From assembly GCA_035631875.1 (NCBI GenBank), contig DASQHX010000010.1, forward strand, positions 218,708 to 250,707: a stretch of DNA of 32,000 nucleotides, written 5' to 3'. The position numbers were made by a program, and so were the translations under genes. Origin of the DNA: Nitrosopumilaceae archaeon (GTDB taxonomy: Archaea; Thermoproteota; Nitrososphaeria; Nitrososphaerales; Nitrosopumilaceae). The notes under the pieces are model-generated. The model ran no database searches. It had not been told where the DNA came from and saw only the letters and a program-made list of their open reading frames with translations. Below, piece after piece: positions 15,390 through 23,146 of this stretch; positions within the stretch are counted from its first letter, which is position 1; every line of letters starts with the position of its first letter.

Positions 15390-16502
15390 ATGAGTGACTG
15401 GGACCTAATGATGCCTGGCATGGGCCTCACTGCCATAGGCCTTGCCGGAGTTTTCTTGTCTTATCTTGGGATCGCAAACACATTCCTTACTGGAATGCAG
15501 GCGCTTTCAGGACTTACGATGTTCATTGGGCTGGTATTTTTATCAGCTGGAATCCTAAGTGGCGGAGTATCAACAAGCAATCGTGCTAAAGCGACAACTT
15601 TGGTTATTTTTGGCATATCTGGTTCCGTTGGCGCATTTGCCCTAAGTCAGAATACCAATGTTACATCATTACCAAGATTTGTCGGAGTTTTACTTATCAT
15701 AATCATACCTACAGTTGTCATAGCATTTACTGCAATGAGGATGTCACAATACCTTAAACCAATATCTGTGATATTTTTATTGGCCATGGGAGTAGGAATT
15801 GTTTCATACAGCGCATTAGGATTCATAGGGCCTGGAGCTCAATTTTCATTACAACCAACCACGGTACAAACTGAGACAGTAACAAATGCTGCGCCCGCTT
15901 CAAACGTACCCATAGTACCAGTAGAGATACTTGTGAATGCATCAATCAAAGGCAATCCTAACTATAAACCTGATATCGTTACAGCGGAAAAAGGAAACAT
16001 AATTGAATGGACAAATAATGACAATGTTCCACATACAGTAACAAGTGCATCTGATGCAGGTGCAACATTTGATTCAAGTTTAATAACAAAGGGAGGAGGA
16101 ACGTATCAACTTGATACCTCAAAATTAAATGGAACGGAATATGATTACATGTGCACCATACATCCCTTTATGACTGGCAAGATAACGATCACTGCATCAC
16201 AAAAACCAATTATTGCAAATGTAACAATTTCTACCGGTGCATCAACACAAAGTGCTGGACAGAAATATTTTGATCCAGCGCAGATTTCAGCAAAGGTTGG
16301 TACCACAGTAGTTTGGACAAACAAAGATTCAGCATCACACACTGTAACAAGTGGAACCCCAAGTGCAGGTCCATCAGGAACATTTGACTCTGGATTAATA
16401 AAAGCTGGCAACACATTTCAATACAAATTTAGTTCTGCAGGTACAACAGAATATTACTGCACAATACATCCTTGGATGATGGGAAAAGTTACAGCAGGAT
16501 AA
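15390..16502 (+). CDS. Polytopic membrane protein with two C-terminal plastocyanin-like (type 1 blue copper) domains
   Basis: The N-terminal ~150 aa contain about 5 hydrophobic helices. A Thr/Pro/Gln-rich linker follows, then two homologous cupredoxin units. Each unit carries a full T1Cu ligand set: WTNNDNVPHTVTS...YMCTIHPFMTG and WTNKDSASHTVTS...YYCTIHPWMMG (His, Cys, His, Met). Confidence 0.85.
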   Translation: MSDWDLMMPGMGLTAIGLAGVFLSYLGIANTFLTGMQALSGLTMFIGLVFLSAGILSGGVSTSNRAKATTLVIFGISGSVGAFALSQNTNVTSLPRFVGVLLIIIIPTVVIAFTAMRMSQYLKPISVIFLLAMGVGIVSYSALGFIGPGAQFSLQPTTVQTETVTNAAPASNVPIVPVEILVNASIKGNPNYKPDIVTAEKGNIIEWTNNDNVPHTVTSASDAGATFDSSLITKGGGTYQLDTSKLNGTEYDYMCTIHPFMTGKITITASQKPIIANVTISTGASTQSAGQKYFDPAQISAKVGTTVVWTNKDSASHTVTSGTPSAGPSGTFDSGLIKAGNTFQYKFSSAGTTEYYCTIHPWMMGKVTAG

Positions 16503-16504
16503 AC

Positions 16505-16912
16505 TTGCAAAAAAGCTTGGAGCTTTTACAAAATCATATAGAACTTCTTACCAATCATGCAAAAAAAAATATTCCAAATGAATCATGCGCAATTTTATTT
16601 GGCAAAATTGAAAATGAAACCTTTGATGTAAAAGATGTTTTTTTGACAAAAAATGTAGAAAATTCACCAGTCAACTTTTCAATATCTAATGATGAATTAC
16701 TAGAAGCTTACAATGAAGCAGAAAAAAGAAAACTAGAAGTAATTGGAATTTTCCATTCTCATCCAGACTCTATGGCATATCCATCTTTAACAGACAAGAG
16801 ATACATGGCAATAAATCCGGTTCCATGGGTCATATTCTCCAACAAAAATAAGGAGTTCAAGGCATATATTTTTGAATCAGAAATTGTATCCATACCATTA
16901 GAAATAAAGTAG
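16505..16912 (+). CDS. JAMM/MPN+ family metalloprotease (Mov34-like)
   Basis: A complete JAMM motif is present: NESCAILFG (E-x-x-C/G region) and GIFHSHPDSMAYPSLTD (HxHx7Sx2D). There is no ATG near the N-terminus. In-frame TTGs lie at 16472 (the track start, overlapping the upstream gene by 31 nt), 16505 (3 nt after the upstream stop, chosen here, 135 aa) and 16517. Confidence 0.85.
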   Translation: MQKSLELLQNHIELLTNHAKKNIPNESCAILFGKIENETFDVKDVFLTKNVENSPVNFSISNDELLEAYNEAEKRKLEVIGIFHSHPDSMAYPSLTDKRYMAINPVPWVIFSNKNKEFKAYIFESEIVSIPLEIK

Positions 16913-16914
16913 AA

Positions 16915-17013
16915 TTATTTGTGAATGATTTTTTTGTGCCTTTCCAAGTGTTCTTTATCGAAAAATGTAGCATCGCATTCTTTGCATTTGAGTTGAGTTT
17001 TAAAGCCCCACAA
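16915..17013 (-). CDS. Candidate 32-aa single C2H2 zinc-finger microprotein (unannotated, TTG start)
   Basis: My reverse-strand translation is (TGA) TTG-WGFKTQLKCKECDATFFDKEHLERHKKIIHK-TAA. It matches the classical C2H2 consensus C-x2-C-x3-F-x5-L-x2-H-x4-H at all seven conserved positions. The weaknesses are that it is very short, has a TTG start directly after an in-frame stop, and has no obvious promoter of its own. Confidence 0.4.
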   Translation of the reverse strand: MWGFKTQLKCKECDATFFDKEHLERHKKIIHK

Positions 17014-17058
17014 TCACTAGTATATACGATCAGGTTGCGTAAAAGGATACCTAATAGT

Positions 17059-17445
17059 TTAGAGTCTAAAAGTTACCATCATACCATCAGATACATTTTT
17101 TAGAAATTTCTTATCAGTATTCTTGATTTTTCCTATTACATTTACAGGTGAATATGGTTTGATCTCGTCTTTTTTGCCTATGGTGGTGGGCCCAAAAAAA
17201 AGACATATTGCTTTTCCTGAGGGCCAATATGCTACATCCATTAAATCTACCAAGGGTTTTGCATTCTCTGCACCTACCACAATAGGAGTTTCATTAGTGT
17301 AGAGTTCCTCTCCCCAAGACTGTATTTCCACATCAAGTGGCAGACATTTAAGAAAAGAAGATACTGTTTCTGGGGCTAGTTCGTCATCTATTTCTAAATC
17401 TATGGTCTTTATTTTCGGAATATTCAGTGTAACCTTATGGATCAA
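17059..17445 (-). CDS. Cyclophilin-like fold protein (TM1367-like family)
   Basis: 128 aa. LAPETVSSFLKCLPL......WGEELY...........................DVAYWPSGKAICLFFGPT matches my recollection of the Cyclophil_like (TM1367) family pattern. The start must be non-ATG (TTG 17445), because the first Met is 67 residues in. Confidence 0.7.
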   Translation of the reverse strand: MIHKVTLNIPKIKTIDLEIDDELAPETVSSFLKCLPLDVEIQSWGEELYTNETPIVVGAENAKPLVDLMDVAYWPSGKAICLFFGPTTIGKKDEIKPYSPVNVIGKIKNTDKKFLKNVSDGMMVTFRL

Positions 17446-17498
17446 CAGCCGATCTTGTGTGATTTAGATTAAATATCCCTTCTCAGAATTGTCAAAAT

Positions 17499-17756
17499 AT
17501 GGACATTCACGTATACGATACATATGTAGAGGCCAAGGACGGCCACACCATGCACTTTGATGTTATTACAGATGTCAAAGACCACAAAAAGGCCATAGAG
17601 TATGCAAAGCAATGGCTAAAATCAGTTGGAGAGTCAGATGCAGCTGTTTCAACAGAAGAATGCCAATTTTGCCACACTCAAGGAGCTCCAGAACCAATAG
17701 CAGAACAAATCCGTAAAAATGGATATTTCATCCAAAAGATGGAAGGCTGCCCATAA
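17499..17756 (+). CDS. DUF2024-like small protein (85 aa)
   Basis: MDIHVYDTYVEAKDGHTMHFDVIT...EECQFCHTQGAPE...NGYFIQKMEGC matches my recollection of the DUF2024 family signature (DTYV...G..MHFDV, C.FCH). It needs HMM confirmation. Confidence 0.7.
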   Translation: MDIHVYDTYVEAKDGHTMHFDVITDVKDHKKAIEYAKQWLKSVGESDAAVSTEECQFCHTQGAPEPIAEQIRKNGYFIQKMEGCP

Positions 17757-17821
17757 TTCTTTTTTAATTTTTTAACTTTTTCTGACAAAGTCTTTTTAGA
17801 ACAGTCACATAAGTGAGAAAC

Positions 17822-18016
17822 ATGGACAAACCTAAAGTCACGTACAATAGATTAACCGTAGAAGGAGAGATACGAACTCAATGGATATGTGGTTGCTTTG
17901 AGACATTGGATGGATTCTTCAAATTCTGTCCGGATCACAACAATGCCATGAGAAAATCAATCGAGGCCCAAATAGATGAGCTTGACATGACACTTGTTGT
18001 TGATGACAAAAAATAA
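17822..18016 (+). CDS. Hypothetical small protein (64 aa) with a possible Cys/His metal site
   Basis: The track ORF starts at GTG 17813, and ATG 17822 (MDKPKVTYN...) is preferred. It contains WICGCFETLDGFFKFCPDH (CxC...CxxH). No family recognised. Confidence 0.5.
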   Translation: MDKPKVTYNRLTVEGEIRTQWICGCFETLDGFFKFCPDHNNAMRKSIEAQIDELDMTLVVDDKK

Positions 18017-18023
18017 GATTAAT

Positions 18024-20057
18024 CTACAGAATAAAAATACCAACAAACGCAGATACGAAAACTATCGCCACAGTGTTTAACAATTTAATGACAGTGTTTA
18101 GTGCAGGTCCTGCAGTATCCTTGTAAGGGTCTCCAATTATATCACCAACTATTGCGATCTTGTGTTCTTCGGTTCCTTTTTGTTTGTTAATTTCCATATA
18201 CTTTTTGGCATTATCCCACGCACCACCAGTATTTGCCAAATGGAAGGCCAAGAAAATTCCTGTAATTACTGCACCCATTAAAAGTCCAACCACTGCAGAG
18301 GGTCCCAAAACAATACCAAGTATTATTGGAGCTGCAATTGTTATTGTTGCAGATTTCCAAAGCTCACGTAGTGAAGCTACTGTTGCAACATCTACACATT
18401 TTGCATAATCAGGTTTTGTTTTGCCTGTCAGAATGTCCGGAGTTTCTTTGAATTGTCGTCTTACTTCTTCTACCATCTTAGAGGCGGCCCTTGCTACCGC
18501 AGAAATAAGCTGACTTGTAATAAAGAATGGTAGTAGACCACCTACAAGCAATCCAATAACAACTGCTGGATTTGAAAGACTGTAATCAAAAACATGATGA
18601 AATACTTTTCCTGCCTCATATTGAAATGCTTGAATCATAGCCAGTGCCGCCAGACCTGCACTTGCAATTGCAAAACCTTTAGTCACTGCCTTTGTAGTAT
18701 TTCCTACTGCATCAATTTCGTCTGTGACTTTGCGGTTTTCTTCTCCCATACTTGTCATTTCTACAATTCCACCGGCGTTATCACTGATAGGACCAAATGC
18801 GTCAATACTCAATACAATTCCTGCAAGGCTTAGCATTGCCATAGCTGTAAGTGAAGTACCAAAGATCCCATAAAGTGTAGATTGTGTAGGATCTGGTGCT
18901 GCAGATGATGCCAGTACATATGATGTAGCTAGAGCAACAACAATGGCAATCATAAAGGGACCTGTTGAGCGCATTCCTTGTATTATTCCCATTAGTGTAA
19001 GCGATGCATATCCCCATTTTGCAGAAGCAGCAATTTCTTGTACAGGTTTGAATCTGTAGCTTGTAAAGTAGTCGGTAATTCTCTGTATTACTGGAACTAG
19101 AATAACTCCTATCACTGTACTACCAAACAGTGCATAGGCAATCTGTGTATGACCAAGGAAAAGATATGTAAAAACAAAATTAAGTGCAATAGCTATTGCA
19201 GCAGAAACATAAAATGCATTGGCAAGTGGTTTGTTTACATCTGTCATTTTTCTAGGTGTTATAGTTGCAATACCAATTATAGATGCAAATAATCCTGAAG
19301 CACCAATTAACATTGGATAAAACAAGTTTTGTGGAGTTCCAATCAATCCTGCAATCAGTAACGATGCAAGCATAGTTACAATATATGATTCATAGATATC
19401 AGAACCCATTCCAGCTGCGTCTCCTACATTGTCTCCTACGTTATCAGCAATCGTTGCTGGGTTTCGTGGGTCATCTTCTGGAATATTTGCTTCTACTTTT
19501 CCTACCAGATCTGCGCCCATATCTGCAGCCTTTGTGAAAATGCCACCACCAACTCTGATAAACAAGGCAATCAAACTAGCGCCTATACCAACTCCTGCAA
19601 TTGTGATAGGATTAGGAAATGCAAAATAGAGTAAACTCATGCCCAAAAGAGCCATAGCAGGTACAGCAAGACCTACTGTTGCTCCGCCTCTAAATGCAAG
19701 TGCAAAGGTATGCCCAAGTCCTTTTCCAGATGCGTTTGCAGCTCTAACCGCTGCTTTTACTGTGATTTTAAGTGCGATCAATCCCGCAATAGCAGAAAGT
19801 CCAGCACCAACTGCAAAAGCAATACCGTTAGTAGATCCAATTGCAGCACCAATCAAGACTGCAAGACCTATAGCTATAGGAATAACAATTCTAAACTCTC
19901 TTCTCAAAAATGCCATTGCACCTACCCCTACTGCATTTGAAATATCTAGCATCTGCTGTGTTCCAGGTTTTTGTTTAGATACCCACGCTGCCAGGATTGT
20001 GGCAATGATAAAAGCGATAACTGACGCACCAACAGGAATCATTTCTTTGAGCGTCAT
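18024..20057 (-). CDS. hppA: Membrane-bound proton-translocating inorganic pyrophosphatase (M-PPase), K+-independent type
   Basis: A 677-aa polytopic protein with M-PPase signatures GGGIFTKAADMGADLVGKVE, DNVGDNVGDAAGMGSDIYESY, DAVGNTTKAVTKGFAI and GGAWDNAKKY. The Lys in GNTTK (rather than GNTTA) is the published determinant of K+ independence. Confidence 0.95.
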   Translation of the reverse strand: MTLKEMIPVGASVIAFIIATILAAWVSKQKPGTQQMLDISNAVGVGAMAFLRREFRIVIPIAIGLAVLIGAAIGSTNGIAFAVGAGLSAIAGLIALKITVKAAVRAANASGKGLGHTFALAFRGGATVGLAVPAMALLGMSLLYFAFPNPITIAGVGIGASLIALFIRVGGGIFTKAADMGADLVGKVEANIPEDDPRNPATIADNVGDNVGDAAGMGSDIYESYIVTMLASLLIAGLIGTPQNLFYPMLIGASGLFASIIGIATITPRKMTDVNKPLANAFYVSAAIAIALNFVFTYLFLGHTQIAYALFGSTVIGVILVPVIQRITDYFTSYRFKPVQEIAASAKWGYASLTLMGIIQGMRSTGPFMIAIVVALATSYVLASSAAPDPTQSTLYGIFGTSLTAMAMLSLAGIVLSIDAFGPISDNAGGIVEMTSMGEENRKVTDEIDAVGNTTKAVTKGFAIASAGLAALAMIQAFQYEAGKVFHHVFDYSLSNPAVVIGLLVGGLLPFFITSQLISAVARAASKMVEEVRRQFKETPDILTGKTKPDYAKCVDVATVASLRELWKSATITIAAPIILGIVLGPSAVVGLLMGAVITGIFLAFHLANTGGAWDNAKKYMEINKQKGTEEHKIAIVGDIIGDPYKDTAGPALNTVIKLLNTVAIVFVSAFVGIFIL

Positions 20058-20113
20058 TTACTAGATTTTTGCCTATTTGCGGTAAATATAAACCATATTA
20101 GAACGCAAAATAT

Positions 20114-20476
20114 CTATTTTCTTTTCTTGTATGGTGCAAACGTTTTACCTGCAAGTCCTTGTCTTACTAGTTTGTTGAATCTTTTACCGTGGCTAAGATA
20201 TGGGAACCGCATGTGGATCAATTCATGTACAATTGTATTTTCTAGAGTTTTTTCATCTGGCATTTTTCTAACATTTACAAAAATCATGTTGTGTTGCATA
20301 TAGGAAACGCCATAATATTTGTACGCAGAGGTTCGTCTTCCTTCAGTCATTTCTTTTGGCACCTCAAGTACCTCTTTAGTAGTAAAAAGTACTCTTGGTT
20401 CTTGTATTCCAAACCTGTTTGCATAAATTCCAGTCTTTTCTAGAATTTTAAATCTCAGATTAGAATCAATCTTCAT
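20114..20476 (-). CDS. Putative zinc metallopeptidase-like protein (HExxH; SprT/DUF45-like)
   Basis: 120 aa. IVHELIHMRFPYLSHGKRFNKLV contains HExxH followed by a downstream His and F..LV, as in SprT-like/YgjP(DUF45)-type domains. The C-terminus is basic (PYKKRK). Confidence 0.6.
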   Translation of the reverse strand: MKIDSNLRFKILEKTGIYANRFGIQEPRVLFTTKEVLEVPKEMTEGRRTSAYKYYGVSYMQHNMIFVNVRKMPDEKTLENTIVHELIHMRFPYLSHGKRFNKLVRQGLAGKTFAPYKKRK

Positions 20477-20630
20477 GACATGTAGTGTTTTAGTGAATGT
20501 TTAATTTCAGTTGTCAATTGTTCTGTTTGAACTAGTTTATTTTTTCTATTTTACCACGAAAATAGTTATCAGGGTCAGAACTTGTGTAGCTTAATCATTT
20601 ATCATACAGCCACCGTGTCATCATTCCCCT

Positions 20631-21125
20631 CTATCTCATAGAATTCATGATAGATTGAGCTTTATTTCTCATCTCTACATTTACTGGTACAATTACAAGT
20701 CCTTCATTTGGCTGGCCATACAAAACTATCGAGTTTTCAGGTGCATACACCACTACAGGTAAAACCAACAAGTCTTCTTCGCCATTAACAGTAATCCTTA
20801 CCGGTTTTGTAGACTGGAATGCTTTTTTTATTGTCTTTACACTTTCGATTGTAATTTCTGCAGGAGGATTGTTACAATTCAAAGTAGTTTTTATATTTCC
20901 AGATGGCATTTCTCTTTTAACTCTCTTTTCTACACCATCTACAATTTGCAACGATGGCACTATTTCATACTTGATTAATTTTTCAGTTGTTGCATCGCCA
21001 ACTGAAATTACAAATGATCCCAGCGGAATATTTTTCAAAATACTCTCTTTAGTTATATCAGAATCTTTAAGCAAGACTCCTAATGGTTTTTTTAGTTTGT
21101 CTCGTAGGTTTTCTGGAAGATGCAC
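20631..21125 (-). CDS. GTP-dependent dephospho-CoA kinase (archaeal DUF359/COG1909 family)
   Basis: 164 aa. GDATTEKL....IVP.LQIVDG.EKR, NPPAEIT and ITVNGEEDLLVLPVVVYAP..SIVLYGQPNEGLVIV match the DUF359 family, whose Thermococcus member was shown to be the archaeal dephospho-CoA kinase. Confidence 0.8.
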   Translation of the reverse strand: MHLPENLRDKLKKPLGVLLKDSDITKESILKNIPLGSFVISVGDATTEKLIKYEIVPSLQIVDGVEKRVKREMPSGNIKTTLNCNNPPAEITIESVKTIKKAFQSTKPVRITVNGEEDLLVLPVVVYAPENSIVLYGQPNEGLVIVPVNVEMRNKAQSIMNSMR

Positions 21126-21144
21126 AAGATATCTTTGTTTTAAA

Positions 21145-22230
21145 CTATTTTTGTGTAGCTACTTCGGCTTTTATTTCCTCATTTAACTGGGATGCCAATA
21201 TACTGCATCTTGCTGCAACATTTTTTGCAACATTAGTAAATGCAGATGCGTGTGCAGATTTTGGATCTGTCACTAGCACTGGCCTGCCTGAATCAGAACC
21301 TTCCATGATTCCAGGATTAAGTGGAATCTCACCTAGGAATGGAATACCATATTTTTCACTGATTTTTCTTGCCCCTCCCCTTCCAAAAACGTAATGATCT
21401 TTTTTACAATCTGGGCATTTGAAATAACTCATGTTTTCTATAATACCAATAATTGGAACGTTTAGTTTTTGAAACATGCCAAATGCCTTTACAGCAACAT
21501 TACTTGCAACATCTTGCGGTGTTGTAACCACAAGTATTCCAGTAATTGGAATAGTTTGAGCCAGTGTTAGTGGGATATCTCCAGTACCTGGAGGAAGATC
21601 AACTATAAGATAATCCAAATCACTCCAATTAGTATCAACAAGGAACTGCTTGACAATTCCTGAAATTATAGGTCCTCTGTAAATTGCTGCTTGATGATCT
21701 TGTTCAGCAAAAAATCCAAACGAAACTACTTTGAGTCCATTGGATTCAGCTGGTTGTAGCTTGTTGTTTTCAACTTCCATTACAGCTTTTCCCATTCCAA
21801 GCATCAATGGAACGCTAGGTCCGTAAATGTCTGCATCAAGCAATCCAACTTTTGCACCAGACTGTGCCAATGCTAGTGCGAGGTTAACTGAAACCGTTGT
21901 CTTACCTACTCCGCCTTTACCACTTGCTACACCAATGATGTTTTTTACAGTTGGCATCATTTCATCCATGCTTAGTGCACGGCCTTCCATTACTTTGGCA
22001 GTTACCTTCAGATCAAGTTTTAAATTTCCTAGTGTACTTACTGCTTTTCTAACATCCTCTTCTATTTGATCATTAAATGGACATGCTGGAGTTGTAAGTT
22101 CAAGAGTAAATTTTAGATCGTTGGTGTTGATTTCTAGATCTTTAATCATGCCCATAGAAACAATGTCTTTTTTTAGATCAGGATCAATTACCGTGCTTAG
22201 GGTTCTAAGTACATCGTCTACTGATACCAT
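21145..22230 (-). CDS. mrp: Mrp/NBP35/ApbC-family Fe-S cluster carrier ATPase with an N-terminal DUF59 (MIP18-like) domain
   Basis: The track start 22293 is a TTG; I prefer ATG 22230 (MVSVDDVLRTLSTVIDPDLKKDIVSMGMI..., a typical DUF59 N-terminus). The deviant Walker A is VASGKGGVGKTT. DLPPGTGD, ENMSYFKCPDC (the CxxC cluster ligands) and LGEIPL are also present. Confidence 0.9.
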   Translation of the reverse strand: MVSVDDVLRTLSTVIDPDLKKDIVSMGMIKDLEINTNDLKFTLELTTPACPFNDQIEEDVRKAVSTLGNLKLDLKVTAKVMEGRALSMDEMMPTVKNIIGVASGKGGVGKTTVSVNLALALAQSGAKVGLLDADIYGPSVPLMLGMGKAVMEVENNKLQPAESNGLKVVSFGFFAEQDHQAAIYRGPIISGIVKQFLVDTNWSDLDYLIVDLPPGTGDIPLTLAQTIPITGILVVTTPQDVASNVAVKAFGMFQKLNVPIIGIIENMSYFKCPDCKKDHYVFGRGGARKISEKYGIPFLGEIPLNPGIMEGSDSGRPVLVTDPKSAHASAFTNVAKNVAARCSILASQLNEEIKAEVATQK

Positions 22231-22328
22231 AAATTGAAAAAGTCCAAATACGATATTTAAACATAGGCAAAAATGCTCAATTTTATCATCCAAAGATTCA
22301 TAAATTGAAATTTTATTAAATTTCTTAG

Positions 22329-22949
22329 ATGTTTTCTATATCTACACTTACTGACGTAGTTAGAATTCCGCCTAAATTGTTTGGGGAATCTCTCAAAAAA
22401 GCAGCAACTACCATACTTAGGGAAAAATACGAGAGTATGATAAATCCTGAACTTGGTTATGTAATTATGATTTTAGATACCAAAGTTGAAAAAATGGGAA
22501 AGATTGTTTCTGGCGATGGTGGTACATATCACAAAGTTGAATTTACAGCTTTGACATTCTATCCGAAACTTCAAGAAATTGTTAGAGGAGAGATTGTTGA
22601 GATTACAGACTTTGGCGCATTTGTAAGAATTGGTGCAACTGACGCGTTGCTACATCTTTCACAAATTATGGATGATTATCTAAAAAGCGATGTAAAATCT
22701 GGTTTGATACTTGCTAATCAAAGTGGAAGAACAATGAGAATTGGTACTACCCTTCGTGCAAGAATAACTGCAGTTTCTCTTGGAAAAACTGCAGCTATGA
22801 AAATAGGTATTACATGCAGACAGCCTTTCCTTGGTGCAGACGAGTGGATAGAAGAAGAGATAAAGAAAGCAAAATCTCCAGCAGCTCAAACTGAAAAAGC
22901 TAAAACTCCACCGGCAGAAAAAGCCAAGAAAGTTGTAGAAGCAAAGTGA
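22329..22949 (+). CDS. rpo7: DNA-directed RNA polymerase subunit Rpo7 (E') with an S1 domain and a Lys/Ala/Pro-rich C-terminal tail
   Basis: The N-terminus MFSISTLTDVVRIPPKLFG....A....L...YE is typical of Rpo7/RpoE'. The S1 domain is GEIVEITDFGAFVRIG..DALLHLSQI. It sits directly upstream of spt4. The last ~32 aa (EEEIKKAKSPAAQTEKAKTPPAEKAKKVVEAK) are low-complexity. Confidence 0.9.
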   Translation: MFSISTLTDVVRIPPKLFGESLKKAATTILREKYESMINPELGYVIMILDTKVEKMGKIVSGDGGTYHKVEFTALTFYPKLQEIVRGEIVEITDFGAFVRIGATDALLHLSQIMDDYLKSDVKSGLILANQSGRTMRIGTTLRARITAVSLGKTAAMKIGITCRQPFLGADEWIEEEIKKAKSPAAQTEKAKTPPAEKAKKVVEAK

Positions 22950-22956
22950 AATTAAT

Positions 22957-23145
22957 ATGGTAAAAGAAATGGCATGTAGAAAATGTAAATTTGTAACAGT
23001 AGGTAAAGTATGCCCTAATTGCAAATCAGCAGACCTGACGCCAGATTGGCGCGGTTCTATTCTTATAGTTGATCCAGCTACATCGGTAGTTGCAAAAACT
23101 TTGGGAATAACAGTGATGGGCAAGTATGCTCTAAAGGTAACCTAG
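22957..23145 (+). CDS. spt4: Transcription elongation factor Spt4 (RpoE'')
   Basis: 62 aa. The zinc ribbon is ACRKCKF...CPNCKS, followed by LTPDWRGSILIVDPATSVVAKTLGI...GKYALKV, the canonical archaeal Spt4 pattern. It is 7 nt after rpo7. Confidence 0.85.
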   Translation: MVKEMACRKCKFVTVGKVCPNCKSADLTPDWRGSILIVDPATSVVAKTLGITVMGKYALKVT

Positions 23146-23146
23146 A

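Noticed and set aside
16921-17103. Plus-strand 60-aa ORF from the supplied track (MNDFFVPFQVFF...)
   Set aside because: It has a GTG start and a low-complexity Phe-rich sequence with no motif. It overlaps the 3' end of the minus-strand cyclophilin-like gene. The opposite strand here carries a much more protein-like C2H2 ORF.
19639-20064. 141-aa plus-strand ORF, together with 18160..18408, 18594..18833, 19429..19629 and 19710..19940, antisense to the pyrophosphatase
   Set aside because: These are antisense shadow ORFs inside a strongly supported 677-aa membrane PPase gene. Their Ala/Pro/Thr-rich composition mirrors the Gly/Ala-rich codons of the sense strand.
22680-23123. 147-aa minus-strand ORF spanning the rpo7 3' end and spt4
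   Set aside because: It is antisense to two canonical, motif-rich genes. The translation is Cys/Ser/Phe-rich nonsense with no domain pattern.
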